Below, one piece after another: positions 1 to 10,307 of a DNA stretch of 64,000 bases. The DNA is taken from IMG/VR virus record IMGVR_UViG_3300010167_000022; one strand, 5' to 3'. The DNA is from a virus. The notes under the pieces are model-generated. The model had not been told where the DNA came from. It did not search any database and saw only the letters and a list, made by a program, of their open reading frames with translations. Numbering within the stretch: position 1 is the stretch's first letter; each line of letters opens with the position of its first letter. The translations under genes and the position numbers were made by a program.

Positions 1-598
1 TATCCATTAGAACTGTTTGTGTAATTTTAGCATCATATTTGCTAATATCATCTGCATTTGATAAGAAGATACTGTTAATTTTTTTCTTTACTTGTGTTGT
101 ATCATTATATCTACTATATTCTACTTTGCCTTTTACGTTAATTACCATTCCTGTTTTTAAATGTTCTTTAATATATAATATAGCATCATATGGTGATATA
201 AATTTATTTGCGAATGTTTTCTCATTAGAATCTTTTTCTAGACCAACAGTAATAAATTGAGAATCATGTACTTGTTCTAAAATCTTTTCATTTTTTCTAT
301 CTGCCCATGCTATTTCGATTTGCAAATTTGTATCCATTGTGCCGTCTTCTTTTTTCCCTTTTACCTTGATTGGAGTATGTTTTTCTTTATTATATCCACC
401 CATCATTTCAGCATAAATAACACCACAAGTAGGGCCGCAATCAACGCCAATATTTAATTTATTATAAATATAATCTGAACCATCTGATTTCTTTTCAAGT
501 GTATATGTATATTCATCATTAATCTTAGCTTCCCCGATTAAAGTAAACTGTGATCTCCAATTTTCTTTTTTAAGTTGATTTCTCTCTTTTTTCGCCAT
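1..598 (-). CDS. hypothetical protein (start ATG at 596-598; 3' end runs off the window start)
   Basis: manual translation MAKKERNQLKKENWRSQF...; GGAG 9 nt upstream of ATG; absent from ORF track because truncated. Confidence 0.5.
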   Translation of the reverse strand, partial: MAKKERNQLKKENWRSQFTLIGEAKINDEYTYTLEKKSDGSDYIYNKLNIGVDCGPTCGVIYAEMMGGYNKEKHTPIKVKGKKEDGTMDTNLQIEIAWADRKNEKILEQVHDSQFITVGLEKDSNEKTFANKFISPYDAILYIKEHLKTGMVINVKGKVEYSRYNDTTQVKKKINSIFLSNADDISKYDAKITQTVLMD

Positions 599-752
599 AT
601 ATTTATTTTCTCCTTTTAATTTATAATTTTCATTTTAAGTGGTTTTATTTTTAAGTAGTATTACCTATAATATTGGTGTTGCTAATATAATAAACGATTT
701 CTATTTAATATAAATATGATTGATTTTATACCACACCCCTTCTGCAAATTAT

Positions 753-781
753 ATGTTATCATATAAAATGTATATTGTCAA
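753..781 (-). promoter_or_regulatory. sigma70-like promoter (TTGACA-N17-TAACAT), CAATATACA spacer family
   Basis: revcomp reads cTTGACAatatacattttatatgaTAACAT; sits upstream of gene 1..598. Confidence 0.4.
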
Positions 782-843
782 GCGTCGTGCAATGCGGTGT
801 TGTTTGTTAATATATGTAAACGGCATTAGCCGGAATATTATTA

Positions 844-1344
844 TTAATCTAAACAATCCAATGAATCATTTACCCCATTAATATTTGATGCATCCTTGAT
901 TATCAAATACTCATCATATGCAATCTCGCCGTTCTTATGTTTGCGCCGGGCTTCTGAAACTCTTAAAGTATGTTCTATTTTAGCATTTCTATTTTCTAAT
1001 TCTTTATTGTCAATTTTTATTATTTGCTGTTTCCATTTATACATAAGGGGGCAGTCATATGTATGAAATTCAGGCTCCGGGATTTCTATTGTTAATTCAT
1101 CATGTGCTTTATCATCTTTGTTTAAGTATGGTTTGTATTTGTTTATAAGATAAACCTCATAAACATTCATATCTGCTTCTGTTTCTAACTCAGCATATTC
1201 GATCCCGACAACTTCATCAATGTCTATTTCTCTCATCATCTTCTTTTTGAAGAAATGACCACGGAGTCTATCTTGAAGTTTTTGTTTTGTTCTTCCTATA
1301 TAGACTAATCCATATACATAGTAAATTTTATATATAATGAACAT
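844..1344 (-). CDS. GIY-YIG homing endonuclease (free-standing, Seg/I-TevI-like)
   Basis: N-terminal IYKIYYVYGLVYIGRTKQ...RLRGHF matches the GIY-(10-11)-YIG plus Arg motif. Confidence 0.6.
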   Translation of the reverse strand: MFIIYKIYYVYGLVYIGRTKQKLQDRLRGHFFKKKMMREIDIDEVVGIEYAELETEADMNVYEVYLINKYKPYLNKDDKAHDELTIEIPEPEFHTYDCPLMYKWKQQIIKIDNKELENRNAKIEHTLRVSEARRKHKNGEIAYDEYLIIKDASNINGVNDSLDCLD

Positions 1345-1348
1345 ATTA

Positions 1349-2044
1349 TTATACAGATAAAGATATATCCATGTATTGCGCTATTTTATCATTATAATTT
1401 TTAAGCCCTTGTTCTAATGTTACATTACCGGATACAATATCATTAACATTGCTCCATAATATGCTATTAAGTATGTTTTTATCAGATTTTGTTAATATAT
1501 TATAATTGTTGCTATTCTTGTTAAGATATTTAGCATCATCCAATTGGTACTCCATAATATCATCTGTTAATTTTACAAATTGTTCATCGAACAAATCAAC
1601 AAGTTTATTCCATGATGCTAATTCTTTTTCTGAAGCTGCGCTGTTGCATATTTGAGATAATGATTCTAGCCTACAACTCATATCTGAGAATCTATCCAAT
1701 AGTTCATCACGCTTATTTCTTGCGTTTTTATTTCTGTTTGTTTCATCTCTTTCATCGTCATCAAATGCACGGATGTTAATGCTAAATAAAACAAATGGAG
1801 CTTCCGGTTCATAGTGTTGTAATACATTAGGTACCATTTTGTATACTTCAGTACATGTTGAATTTGCTATAAACCATAATGATTTGTAATCTTCAACTTT
1901 ATCTAAATCTGTATCCCACAATCCTATTGCTTGATTCTTTGATGTAAATTCTATGTAATTTTTAAAAAACTCCTCATGACTTACTTCTCCATTATTTGCT
2001 TTGATAATTTCCGAGAAGAAATCAAATATCATTACTTCTTTCAT
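1349..2044 (-). CDS. hypothetical protein
   Basis: ORF 231 aa in minus-strand gene train. Confidence 0.5.
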   Translation of the reverse strand: MKEVMIFDFFSEIIKANNGEVSHEEFFKNYIEFTSKNQAIGLWDTDLDKVEDYKSLWFIANSTCTEVYKMVPNVLQHYEPEAPFVLFSINIRAFDDDERDETNRNKNARNKRDELLDRFSDMSCRLESLSQICNSAASEKELASWNKLVDLFDEQFVKLTDDIMEYQLDDAKYLNKNSNNYNILTKSDKNILNSILWSNVNDIVSGNVTLEQGLKNYNDKIAQYMDISLSV

Positions 2045-2085
2045 ATTATTTTACCCCCTTGTATAATATGCATTTTTTGAAATTA

Positions 2086-2598
2086 TCAATTATAAACTTT
2101 GCTTATATTAATAGCTAAATCCCACGCTGATTCAATATCATCTGTTTCATTTATACTAATTGCATTAAACATTATATTATTAGTATCTAATTGTTTTGCA
2201 ATACAATTCCATATTTTTAATATCGAGTCTTTCAACGAGACCAAACCTAGTGAAATACGATCAAAATCATCGAATATATATTTTACTACAAACCATTCTG
2301 ATTGGGTAGGGAGCATTGATAAATTTGTATTATCAACAACTCTAGCTTTATACTTTGCATAAATTAATATAAAATTTGTAATAACTTCGCTTAGCTGTTT
2401 ATTATTTTGTTTGAATTTGCAATATGATAATCTTTTGTTTGAATCTGAGTAGTAGAGATCAAGAGATTGTATCCATTCTAAAAACATAGCATTTGCTTTA
2501 TCAAACATCAAATCATATCCTTCAATTCCTTTTGTTTCATTTATAATTCCAGAATAAAAATAATCATATACTTCTTGAATATTAATTTTTTGTGCCAT
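2086..2598 (-). CDS. hypothetical protein
   Basis: ORF 170 aa; RBS AAGAG upstream. Confidence 0.5.
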   Translation of the reverse strand: MAQKINIQEVYDYFYSGIINETKGIEGYDLMFDKANAMFLEWIQSLDLYYSDSNKRLSYCKFKQNNKQLSEVITNFILIYAKYKARVVDNTNLSMLPTQSEWFVVKYIFDDFDRISLGLVSLKDSILKIWNCIAKQLDTNNIMFNAISINETDDIESAWDLAINISKVYN

Positions 2599-2795
2599 AT
2601 TTTATCACTCTTTCTAGCGCATTTCACGCCATTATAAGTGAACTACCCACAGTCTAAAGATAAAGTCTGTGGGCTTCCGTTCAATCGTATTACTTACTAC
2701 GAAGTATCAACGGCTATCCCCGGCGTTCCACTCGGTTAGGTGTTCATCCCATCAGCTAAAGCTAATGGGATTTCTCGCTAGTTATTTTAAAATAC
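2599..2795 (-). promoter_or_regulatory. GC-rich structured leader element (two hairpins, each followed by TAGTTCAC / GGGATTTCTCGCT-type flank)
   Basis: about 195 bp, visibly GC-richer than surroundings; hairpins cccacag...ctgtggg (2646-2673) and cccatcagct-aa-agctaatggg; shares gtgaactaccca and gggatttctc with the 15630 and 35714 elements. Confidence 0.35.
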
Positions 2796-3113
2796 TTACT
2801 CTATTGGCATAACCTTAATAATACCATCTGCCATGCTGTTATCAAGATGTACACTATGTCCATAAATATGAATTATTCCATCAATATTGACTTCATAAAT
2901 ATTAGAGACTTCATTTTTAATTTCATTAATAATTGCACTTATTGTATTCATTGATGAAATTATTTTTATATTATTACGTGTAAAACATTGAACCTTATCA
3001 CATAGTACATGAAGTCTATTACTTAAATTTTCACCATATTTATTTAATTCTGTATTTATATCTCCGTTATAATAATCATTTAATTCTTTTGTTGTAATAA
3101 ATGTAAAATCCAT
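2796..3113 (-). CDS. hypothetical protein
   Basis: ORF 105 aa. Confidence 0.5.
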   Translation of the reverse strand: MDFTFITTKELNDYYNGDINTELNKYGENLSNRLHVLCDKVQCFTRNNIKIISSMNTISAIINEIKNEVSNIYEVNIDGIIHIYGHSVHLDNSMADGIIKVMPIE

Positions 3114-3144
3114 TATTTATTCCTTTCTGCGTTATGTCGCCACA

Positions 3145-3372
3145 TTAGTAATTACTATCATACTTGATTAGGTTATTGTTTTCATCAACTAAAAACTTAT
3201 CCCAATGTGTCTCTGCCATAGGAAAGCAAAAAGATCTTCCAAGCACAATGTCTATATTGCCATTGTTGTCAACTCTGTATCCTTGTGCATTAACATGTTC
3301 TCTTTGTATATTGGCTCTGTTTTTATTTCTGATATTCTGATTAATAATCTCGTTAACTTTTTGACTATTCAT
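3145..3372 (-). CDS. hypothetical protein
   Basis: ORF 75 aa. Confidence 0.45.
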   Translation of the reverse strand: MNSQKVNEIINQNIRNKNRANIQREHVNAQGYRVDNNGNIDIVLGRSFCFPMAETHWDKFLVDENNNLIKYDSNY

Positions 3373-3413
3373 AACTAACTTTCACTCCTAATATTGTAAC
3401 AGATGTTATCATA

Positions 3414-3980
3414 TTATATAGCAACCCATTCTTTTACTATAATTGTTTTTTCATATTCATGCGCCTTAACTTCATATGGTTGATTATAAAACTCATCTTC
3501 TTGGCTTTCAGTAAGACCCTGCTCCCATTCAACAGAAAACATTCTGTCTAATAATTGAATAATGCTAATTGCACTACGGCTCCATCTGCTATTATCTCCA
3601 TATTCAACTTCTATTTCATAATTGTATACTAATCTGCTTAATTCATATCCTGATAATTTTTCATTATTCTCTATTTTTGAAATAATAATTGCTTCAAAAT
3701 TATCTTCATAATATTTTTTCTGATCATTTATTTCCTTTTGCTTTTCTTTTTGAAGTTCTTCTTCAACACGTTTTGTTTCTAAGTCATCTAATATTTTTTG
3801 CTTTCTTGTTGTCATATCTTCTATTGCACTAGTATTAAGGTCTCGCCATGATTTACCAGAATTCGTAAGATTTTTTACAATTGGATTAATATCATATAAT
3901 CCAGCCCAAAAGTTATCCATTTCAGCTTCTGTATAGTTTAATCTTTTTAAAAGTGATTTAATATCTTTTTTTGTTGCCAT
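3414..3980 (-). CDS. hypothetical protein (charged, coiled-coil-like)
   Basis: ORF 188 aa. Confidence 0.5.
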   Translation of the reverse strand: MATKKDIKSLLKRLNYTEAEMDNFWAGLYDINPIVKNLTNSGKSWRDLNTSAIEDMTTRKQKILDDLETKRVEEELQKEKQKEINDQKKYYEDNFEAIIISKIENNEKLSGYELSRLVYNYEIEVEYGDNSRWSRSAISIIQLLDRMFSVEWEQGLTESQEDEFYNQPYEVKAHEYEKTIIVKEWVAI

Positions 3981-4107
3981 AATAAAACTCTCCCTATTAT
4001 ATTATTAACTTTGTTATTTACATAAATCCTTATAGCTACTATTTAGCAATTGCAATATTGCTAACACTCTATATTTATCAGTATGGATACCGTGATTATG
4101 ATTGCTA

Positions 4108-4281
4108 TCAGATTTTTCTACACCTAAACAAATAGTAACGAAATATTATTTTTCCACAATTTTCACATTGCCATATACTTCTTTTACCATTGAATATATT
4201 AATATTATCTCCATGTATATTTGATAAAAACTTTAATGGATAATTTAAATGCCTACAAAATAATTTCTTTGATAATTTCAT
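4108..4281 (-). CDS. small Cys-containing (zinc-ribbon-like) protein, 57 aa
   Basis: manual: GAGGTGGA RBS then ATG; MKLSKKLFCRHLNYPLKF...CENCGK; not in track. Confidence 0.35.
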   Translation of the reverse strand: MKLSKKLFCRHLNYPLKFLSNIHGDNINIFNGKRSIWQCENCGKIIFRYYLFRCRKI

Positions 4282-4312
4282 ATTATTCCACCTCTATATA
4301 TGCTTTGTAGCG

Positions 4313-4693
4313 TCATTCTTCTTTAATATCTATAATATCAATTCTAACAATTGGAGAAGTTTTAGGTGAACGAATTCCAAAAACTCCAATATATCTATCA
4401 TAGTGTACAAAAATTTCATGTCCATCTAAAATAACATCTCTTACTTGTTGTGCTAATTCCTTATTGTCTCTATGTATATAGTAGAATTTTTCTTCTTCAT
4501 CTTTCATAAAAGCGGTAGTGCGATAGTAGACAATATAGTTGTTCCAAAAATCTTGGTCAACTGCTGTAGGAATTATTTTATGGCTTCCTGCTTGATAATC
4601 AAATCTAACCCCTAATAAATGCGTCCCAACAAAAGCAAATAAAATAACCCCAACAACTAAAAATATAATTAAATTATGTATAAAATTATGCAT
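4313..4693 (-). CDS. membrane protein (N-terminal TM helix)
   Basis: ORF 126 aa; LIIFLVVGVILFAFVG. Confidence 0.5.
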   Translation of the reverse strand: MHNFIHNLIIFLVVGVILFAFVGTHLLGVRFDYQAGSHKIIPTAVDQDFWNNYIVYYRTTAFMKDEEEKFYYIHRDNKELAQQVRDVILDGHEIFVHYDRYIGVFGIRSPKTSPIVRIDIIDIKEE

Positions 4694-4788
4694 ACTTATT
4701 CTCCTTTTACCCTTTTTTATTTAGACTTTATACTATAATAAGTTCATCTGACAGAAAAATTAAATTTGTTATTTACAAGTTTCATATA

Positions 4789-5424
4789 TTATTTGAACAG
4801 ATTTTTATGTTTGTTAGCACGATGTGTTTTCCCATATTCTAAAACTTCATTAATCATTTCTTTAGAATCACCACAATCATGCATAAACCTATTCATATAT
4901 CCTATCATTTTTTTTACAACATATTTTTTATGATTATATGATTGATAACCATATATCTTATTCCATTTTTCTTTAGTGTCCCAGCTATTAAGATGCCCTG
5001 GAATGCTGTACATAGCTCCAAAACAACCAGTATCATCTTCATTTTTATTGTTTGCTCGAAGCAGTGGACATTCATCACAACTCTTATATAAATACTTAAA
5101 TTCTTCACATGCAGCATGACCATTAAGTTCTGCATCTAAATCTGTAAAATCACTTTTTGAAAGCAGTTCTTCAATTAATTCTTTAGCAATATTAATAATG
5201 TCAGATTCTTCTATATTGCATGGAAAAGATATGTAGTTGCTTACATATTCACCATTATTAACAACCCAAAAATATGATTCATTATTTTTATTAAATATTT
5301 CAGACTCATAGTAAACTTGTATTGGACAATCATAGTCTATAGCTTTATGTGGTCTAGTTATTTCATATATTAAACGCATATGCGGATGATTATTTTGCAT
5401 TTGTTCTAATGTTACTGTTCTCAA
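4789..5424 (-). CDS. hypothetical protein
   Basis: ORF 211 aa. Confidence 0.5.
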   Translation of the reverse strand: MRTVTLEQMQNNHPHMRLIYEITRPHKAIDYDCPIQVYYESEIFNKNNESYFWVVNNGEYVSNYISFPCNIEESDIINIAKELIEELLSKSDFTDLDAELNGHAACEEFKYLYKSCDECPLLRANNKNEDDTGCFGAMYSIPGHLNSWDTKEKWNKIYGYQSYNHKKYVVKKMIGYMNRFMHDCGDSKEMINEVLEYGKTHRANKHKNLFK

Positions 5425-5459
5425 ATTATTATCATTCCCTTATTTTATTTTTACATACA

Positions 5460-5753
5460 TTATACAATGTCAATAGTTACAGGTATATATCTACACATAT
5501 ATCCTTTTGGTATGATATTATCAGACTCTTCAAACTCTAGATTTGATACCAATACTAATTGACATTGTTCTTGTAGAATGTCATATATATAGGTAGATCT
5601 ATCTGTGTTTAATATATACATTTCATCACCTTTGCCAACAACTTTTGTTAGTTTGCAAACGGAGTTATTTCTTATATCTTCTAACGCTTTTGCTGCTTTA
5701 ATTTTATACATAATTACATCAGCATTATTTCTTGGTATTAGACTTAAAAACAT
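5460..5753 (-). CDS. hypothetical protein
   Basis: ORF 97 aa. Confidence 0.45.
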   Translation of the reverse strand: MFLSLIPRNNADVIMYKIKAAKALEDIRNNSVCKLTKVVGKGDEMYILNTDRSTYIYDILQEQCQLVLVSNLEFEESDNIIPKGYMCRYIPVTIDIV

Positions 5754-5798
5754 ATTATTATCGCCTCACAATATTTTAATATTGTAAAATATCAGTAT

Positions 5799-6113
5799 TT
5801 ATTTGATTAAACTATTATGTAATAATATATTTATTTCTTTTATAAATTTAATCTCATTATCTTTTTTATTAATAATAAATTCTTTAATCCATATAATTAT
5901 TTCTTCGAGAGATTCTGCAACTGTCAGAACCTCATCTTCAAAGAATGAATTTATTTCATTAAATTTAACACAATCTTTATATTTCCCATTTATTGTGTGA
6001 ATAAAGAATTCAGCCTCACCACGGATTTTACAGCTAGTACAGTCACATATTGATTTTATATATCCAATACTATAATCATTGAATAATAAATACAACTTTT
6101 TATCATATTCCAT
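5799..6113 (-). CDS. hypothetical protein
   Basis: ORF 104 aa. Confidence 0.45.
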   Translation of the reverse strand: MEYDKKLYLLFNDYSIGYIKSICDCTSCKIRGEAEFFIHTINGKYKDCVKFNEINSFFEDEVLTVAESLEEIIIWIKEFIINKKDNEIKFIKEINILLHNSLIK

Positions 6114-6136
6114 AATTATACTATACTCCTTTTATA

Positions 6137-6163
6137 TTTTCATAGAATACTTAATCTATTCAA
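6137..6163. promoter_or_regulatory. PeSL-like palindromic intergenic element (weaker copy)
   Basis: ttttcatagaatacttaatctattcaa. Confidence 0.4.
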
Positions 6164-6165
6164 TT

Positions 6166-6636
6166 CTAATCTAAATCAATAAATTTATATTCAAAAAATG
6201 TAGGAACTTGTTCTATTGATACGTTTGATATTGTAAATTTATCTTCTGCTATGCTATCCCATTTTACTATAGCGTTTTGAATTACTAGTTTAACTTCACG
6301 AAATGATTTATCATCAATACATTCAGTCATGATATCTAATATTACTTCACAATCATCTATTGGTGGTGCTTTAATAAAGTTTTGCAATCTTTCTTCTGCA
6401 TCAATAAATGCTTTTGTAATATTAATATTTAATGGTTTCATTATATCAAATGATAGTAGCCTTAATCTACTATTATATTGTTCTTGAACCCAATGATATT
6501 CTCCTTGTTGTAATACGCATCCTTTTAATCCTGACAAATATGCAAATCTTGATTTACAATGTGGATAAACAATCTCTATATTATTAATTGATCTAAATAC
6601 TAAATCACTTTTACTTATTTTATATTTATAGGACAT
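6166..6636 (-). CDS. hypothetical protein
   Basis: ORF 156 aa. Confidence 0.5.
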   Translation of the reverse strand: MSYKYKISKSDLVFRSINNIEIVYPHCKSRFAYLSGLKGCVLQQGEYHWVQEQYNSRLRLLSFDIMKPLNINITKAFIDAEERLQNFIKAPPIDDCEVILDIMTECIDDKSFREVKLVIQNAIVKWDSIAEDKFTISNVSIEQVPTFFEYKFIDLD

Positions 6637-6818
6637 TATATTCTGCTCCTTCTATATATATTTAGTTACAAATCATTTAGTCTTTTGCAATCCATCCAAT
6701 CGAAATAGACCATTTCCAGAAATTTATAAAAAGATATGCATCTCCAAGATTTTCGAATGATAAGCATATACCAAAGCTACGCCCAACCCATATCTTATCT
6801 ACACATATACGAAACTTT

Positions 6819-7220
6819 CTAATTTCTTTCCCCATATAACCTCCGCGCATCTGGTTTTTTTACTATATGTCCAAGCAGCGACGGAAAATCTTTAGCTAGT
6901 TGCTCTTGCGTAATTCCAAACTCGACAGCGGAATGTATTTGCCAGCATATATCGTCCCAAGCCATTCCACCAAGTCCGCCGTTATTTTCTTCATTTTGCA
7001 TATGTGCAAAGTATTCATAGAAGTCTTCTTTTACTTTTTCTGGGAACAAATTATTACAACAATCTTTACAGTAGTCTTTCTCTTCTGTGTTAGGCTCATC
7101 TAATGATGCGGCACTGTTAGTTGTTAGTCTTATTGTTTTACCGCATTCATCACAGAATGAGTCACAATTCCAACCATCTTTTATATACTCATTTGCAAAC
7201 TGTATAATATTTTTCTTCAT
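6819..7220 (-). CDS. Cys-rich zinc-finger-like protein
   Basis: ORF 133 aa; CDSFCDECGK...CKDCC. Confidence 0.5.
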   Translation of the reverse strand: MKKNIIQFANEYIKDGWNCDSFCDECGKTIRLTTNSAASLDEPNTEEKDYCKDCCNNLFPEKVKEDFYEYFAHMQNEENNGGLGGMAWDDICWQIHSAVEFGITQEQLAKDFPSLLGHIVKKPDARRLYGERN

Positions 7221-7414
7221 AACTACTACCTCCTGCGTATATAGTCGCCACCGTTTATTTATTGATATTCCTAAAACTCAATCCTAACCCCAAACATCGG
7301 AATCGGGAAGAAATACAACACTTTTTTGCTTCTATCCCAGAAGAACCCAATCCAGAAGTCATACCATGCGAACATTAGATTAATACTTTTAATTTTCATC
7401 CGACACCACCACTA

Positions 7415-7960
7415 TTAAATATTTAAGAAAGCAACCATGCTATCTAATATATTTTCATCCATAGCGAATACAATGTTATTTTTACATCCTATATCTGCAA
7501 TACGAATATCCAATCCAAGATATTTTACATGTTTAATTATATCTTCAATTTTCTGTTTATTTATATTGCTAAAACCATTTGTTTTTATATTTAGTACAAA
7601 CAAAGGAGATACAAATACAATTGGAGTCTTCCCATACTTTAATTTTATATTTATAATAATTTTATATAAATTATCTATATAATATACGCTATATATTTTC
7701 ATATCGTCTTTTAACTCCAACACTTTGTTATTAAACTCTACATAATCAATAATATCAAGTCTGTTAATATCAATATTTTTTGCATTGTATGGAGGCAAGT
7801 ATTTCCCTTCTATACAATTTATACTGTCACTCCCAAAATGTGTTTCATAAACTATTTCATCTAAACTATCTTTTGGCTGGCATGTTTCTTTTATATCTCT
7901 CCTATAAATGTCTTTTAAAGCAAGTTCTCTAAATTTATTTTCAATCCATCTTATAATCAT
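7415..7960 (-). CDS. hypothetical protein
   Basis: ORF 181 aa. Confidence 0.5.
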   Translation of the reverse strand: MIIRWIENKFRELALKDIYRRDIKETCQPKDSLDEIVYETHFGSDSINCIEGKYLPPYNAKNIDINRLDIIDYVEFNNKVLELKDDMKIYSVYYIDNLYKIIINIKLKYGKTPIVFVSPLFVLNIKTNGFSNINKQKIEDIIKHVKYLGLDIRIADIGCKNNIVFAMDENILDSMVAFLNI

Positions 7961-7977
7961 AATTTTTGCTCCTATAA

Positions 7978-8005
7978 TTTGAATAGAATGCGTGTTCTAT
8001 TTAAA
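7978..8005. promoter_or_regulatory. PeSL-like palindromic intergenic element
   Basis: tttgaatagaatgcgtgttctatttaaa. Confidence 0.55.
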
Positions 8006-8110
8006 TTTTTGTCAGTCAGTATGACTGAGTTTGTATAACATATCATGCGTTATGTAGGATATATTGTAACATAATTGTAATAATTTTGCAACAATTTTGT
8101 AATATATTAA

Positions 8111-8563
8111 TTATCTATATCCTAGCAATTCCATATTAATTCTAAAATCCTCTGTATATGTATCCTGCACACTTTTTAACATAGATTGATGATACTTAAT
8201 TTCATTATAATGATGCTGCATATCTTTTTCATATATCTGCAAACCAACTTTTGCCATAATATTCATTATTATATCACTATCTTTTTCTAAATGAAGCAAC
8301 TTATCATTTATAAACCCACTTAAACAATCGCCTGTTTCTTGGTGAAATGCCATATAGTTATTAATTCCGCAAGATTTAGCGTTTTCTATTATTGAATTAC
8401 ATCTATCTTTGTTTGTATATGTTGTAAAATATGATTCGTTAGCTTCTGTGACAGTCCTAATCAAATTTTTCCTATATGATTCTTTATGATATGGATTAAA
8501 TAATAATTGTAAATCAGATATTTTAACTACTTTATCACTTACGTTATATTTCATCATTCCCAT
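8111..8563 (-). CDS. hypothetical protein
   Basis: ORF 150 aa. Confidence 0.5.
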   Translation of the reverse strand: MGMMKYNVSDKVVKISDLQLLFNPYHKESYRKNLIRTVTEANESYFTTYTNKDRCNSIIENAKSCGINNYMAFHQETGDCLSGFINDKLLHLEKDSDIIMNIMAKVGLQIYEKDMQHHYNEIKYHQSMLKSVQDTYTEDFRINMELLGYR

Positions 8564-8623
8564 AAAAATAAACCACCTACTTTTTATTAAATTATAGCAA
8601 ACATGTTCATCTATGCTCCATAA

Positions 8624-9403
8624 TTAATCTCCGCAATGCTTATATGGGTTATATGGAAAATATGGCATTTTTGTCATCTTGTGAATTCCATCATTATGCA
8701 TTATTTGTATTTTAGCAACTACATCTGGATTAATTTCACCACCACGAAGGTATTTGTCTAATTCTGAATATGTAAATCTAAAATTCTCTTCGTCTGTTCT
8801 GCCAGTAAGACCATCCTCTGGCTTCTTAAATATTAAGTCATAATCAATACCAAGTGCCATTCCTATACGCACAACTTCATTGTTTGTTAGGCTTGCCAGC
8901 GGAGAAAAATCTCCAGCATCATCACCATACTTTGTATTCCACCCAAGATAATTTTCACTAAGATTACACGTATTAGCTACTCTGCCATTTATTTGAGCAG
9001 AAATAGCATATAACGTGGTCATTCTGATTCGAGCCGGGGTATTATTTGTAACAACTGAGTTAAGAAAATTATCATCGTCAGTACTTAATAGCTTATTAGA
9101 TACTTGACGATAAATTTCATTAACGGCATCGTATATATTGATAGTAATATTTTTAATGCCGAAGTATTTACATACTAATTCAGCAACATGCAAATCCCAC
9201 TGGCACCCTTGTGGCATGAGTACTCCGAATACTCTATCAGCGCCTAAAGCTTCAACACATAGCCCAGTAACGATTGTTGAATCTTTGCCGCCTGATATCC
9301 CAATAACAGCTTTGCTATTCATCCCATTTTTATTAAAATAATCTCTAATCCACTGTGCTAAATCGTCTTTAACCTTATCTTCATTAAATTTATACATTAG
9401 CAA
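8624..9403 (-). CDS. nadE: NH3-dependent NAD+ synthetase
   Basis: PP-loop ISGGKDST; RIRMTTLY, TKYGDDAGDFSPL and FTYSELDKYLRG align with E. coli NadE blocks; about 260 aa. Confidence 0.8.
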   Translation of the reverse strand: MLMYKFNEDKVKDDLAQWIRDYFNKNGMNSKAVIGISGGKDSTIVTGLCVEALGADRVFGVLMPQGCQWDLHVAELVCKYFGIKNITINIYDAVNEIYRQVSNKLLSTDDDNFLNSVVTNNTPARIRMTTLYAISAQINGRVANTCNLSENYLGWNTKYGDDAGDFSPLASLTNNEVVRIGMALGIDYDLIFKKPEDGLTGRTDEENFRFTYSELDKYLRGGEINPDVVAKIQIMHNDGIHKMTKMPYFPYNPYKHCGD

Positions 9404-10268
9404 CCCCCATTCTCCGCATTACAAGCCTTTCTGCTAATAACCGCGTCCTAACTATCATAAGAGCCTTACCCATCATATTCTTTCCAGCGCCATTATAAAC
9501 TCCCCAAAAATCATCGCCCCAATTGTTTGTTTCTTCCAAATATTTAAAGCCAGTGTTAAGTAGGAATGCTCTTAAATGTGCATTCTGAGAAAACTTATTA
9601 TATAATATCTCTTGAACAATCTTAACCTTTGTATCTTCCCATTCGTCTTTCATTGGGCATTGGTGACCATATTCTTTTGCCTTTGCAGGAGTAGGCGTAT
9701 TTAAAATCTTCTCTTTCCATTCTGAACAATCTGTTTTGTAATATTGTAATGCATGCTCTGCTGATTTAAATGTTATGCCATCCATTATAAATTTAGTTGT
9801 ATCAAAATTGCTTAATGGCCTATATTTCTCAAAGAATCCTTTAATATAATATTCTGTTACTTCTGTTTTATTATTGAGAACACCTGTATACTTAATAGAG
9901 CTTATGTCAAACATCGTATCAATAGGAATACGAGTCTGGCTTATTACACCTTCTTGTGTAAAATAAACTTGTATATCATCCTTCCAATATTCATTAATCT
10001 CATACTCATATAGATAGTATCCTGCGGTTTCCAATTCGTAGGCATCCATAACAGAGAACCAGAAGTTCATCTGCGACTTATCTTTGGCTCCACTATACCA
10101 ACGTTTCCCGTCTTTTCTGTATTTGTCGTCATGCCCCATTGGCATATCAGCGCAGCGTCCTTCTGTAAGTGTGTGAATAAATCCATTATAAGAGCCATCA
10201 GCGTTATACCACATACCATGTTGATTATCTTTGTGTGCTATACGATATGTTTTAATTGTTTCTTGCAA
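9390..10268 (-). CDS. NADAR (YbiA/DUF1768)-domain protein with an unassigned N-terminal domain of about 140 aa
   Basis: C-terminal FFEKYRPLSNFD...AEHALQYYK...GDDFWGVYNGAGKNMMGKALMIVR resembles NADAR; 14-nt overlap with nadE. Confidence 0.5.
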   Translation of the reverse strand: MQETIKTYRIAHKDNQHGMWYNADGSYNGFIHTLTEGRCADMPMGHDDKYRKDGKRWYSGAKDKSQMNFWFSVMDAYELETAGYYLYEYEINEYWKDDIQVYFTQEGVISQTRIPIDTMFDISSIKYTGVLNNKTEVTEYYIKGFFEKYRPLSNFDTTKFIMDGITFKSAEHALQYYKTDCSEWKEKILNTPTPAKAKEYGHQCPMKDEWEDTKVKIVQEILYNKFSQNAHLRAFLLNTGFKYLEETNNWGDDFWGVYNGAGKNMMGKALMIVRTRLLAERLVMRRMGVANV

Positions 10269-10307
10269 AAATCTTCACATCCTTTCAGTGTATTTATACA
10301 AATCTAA

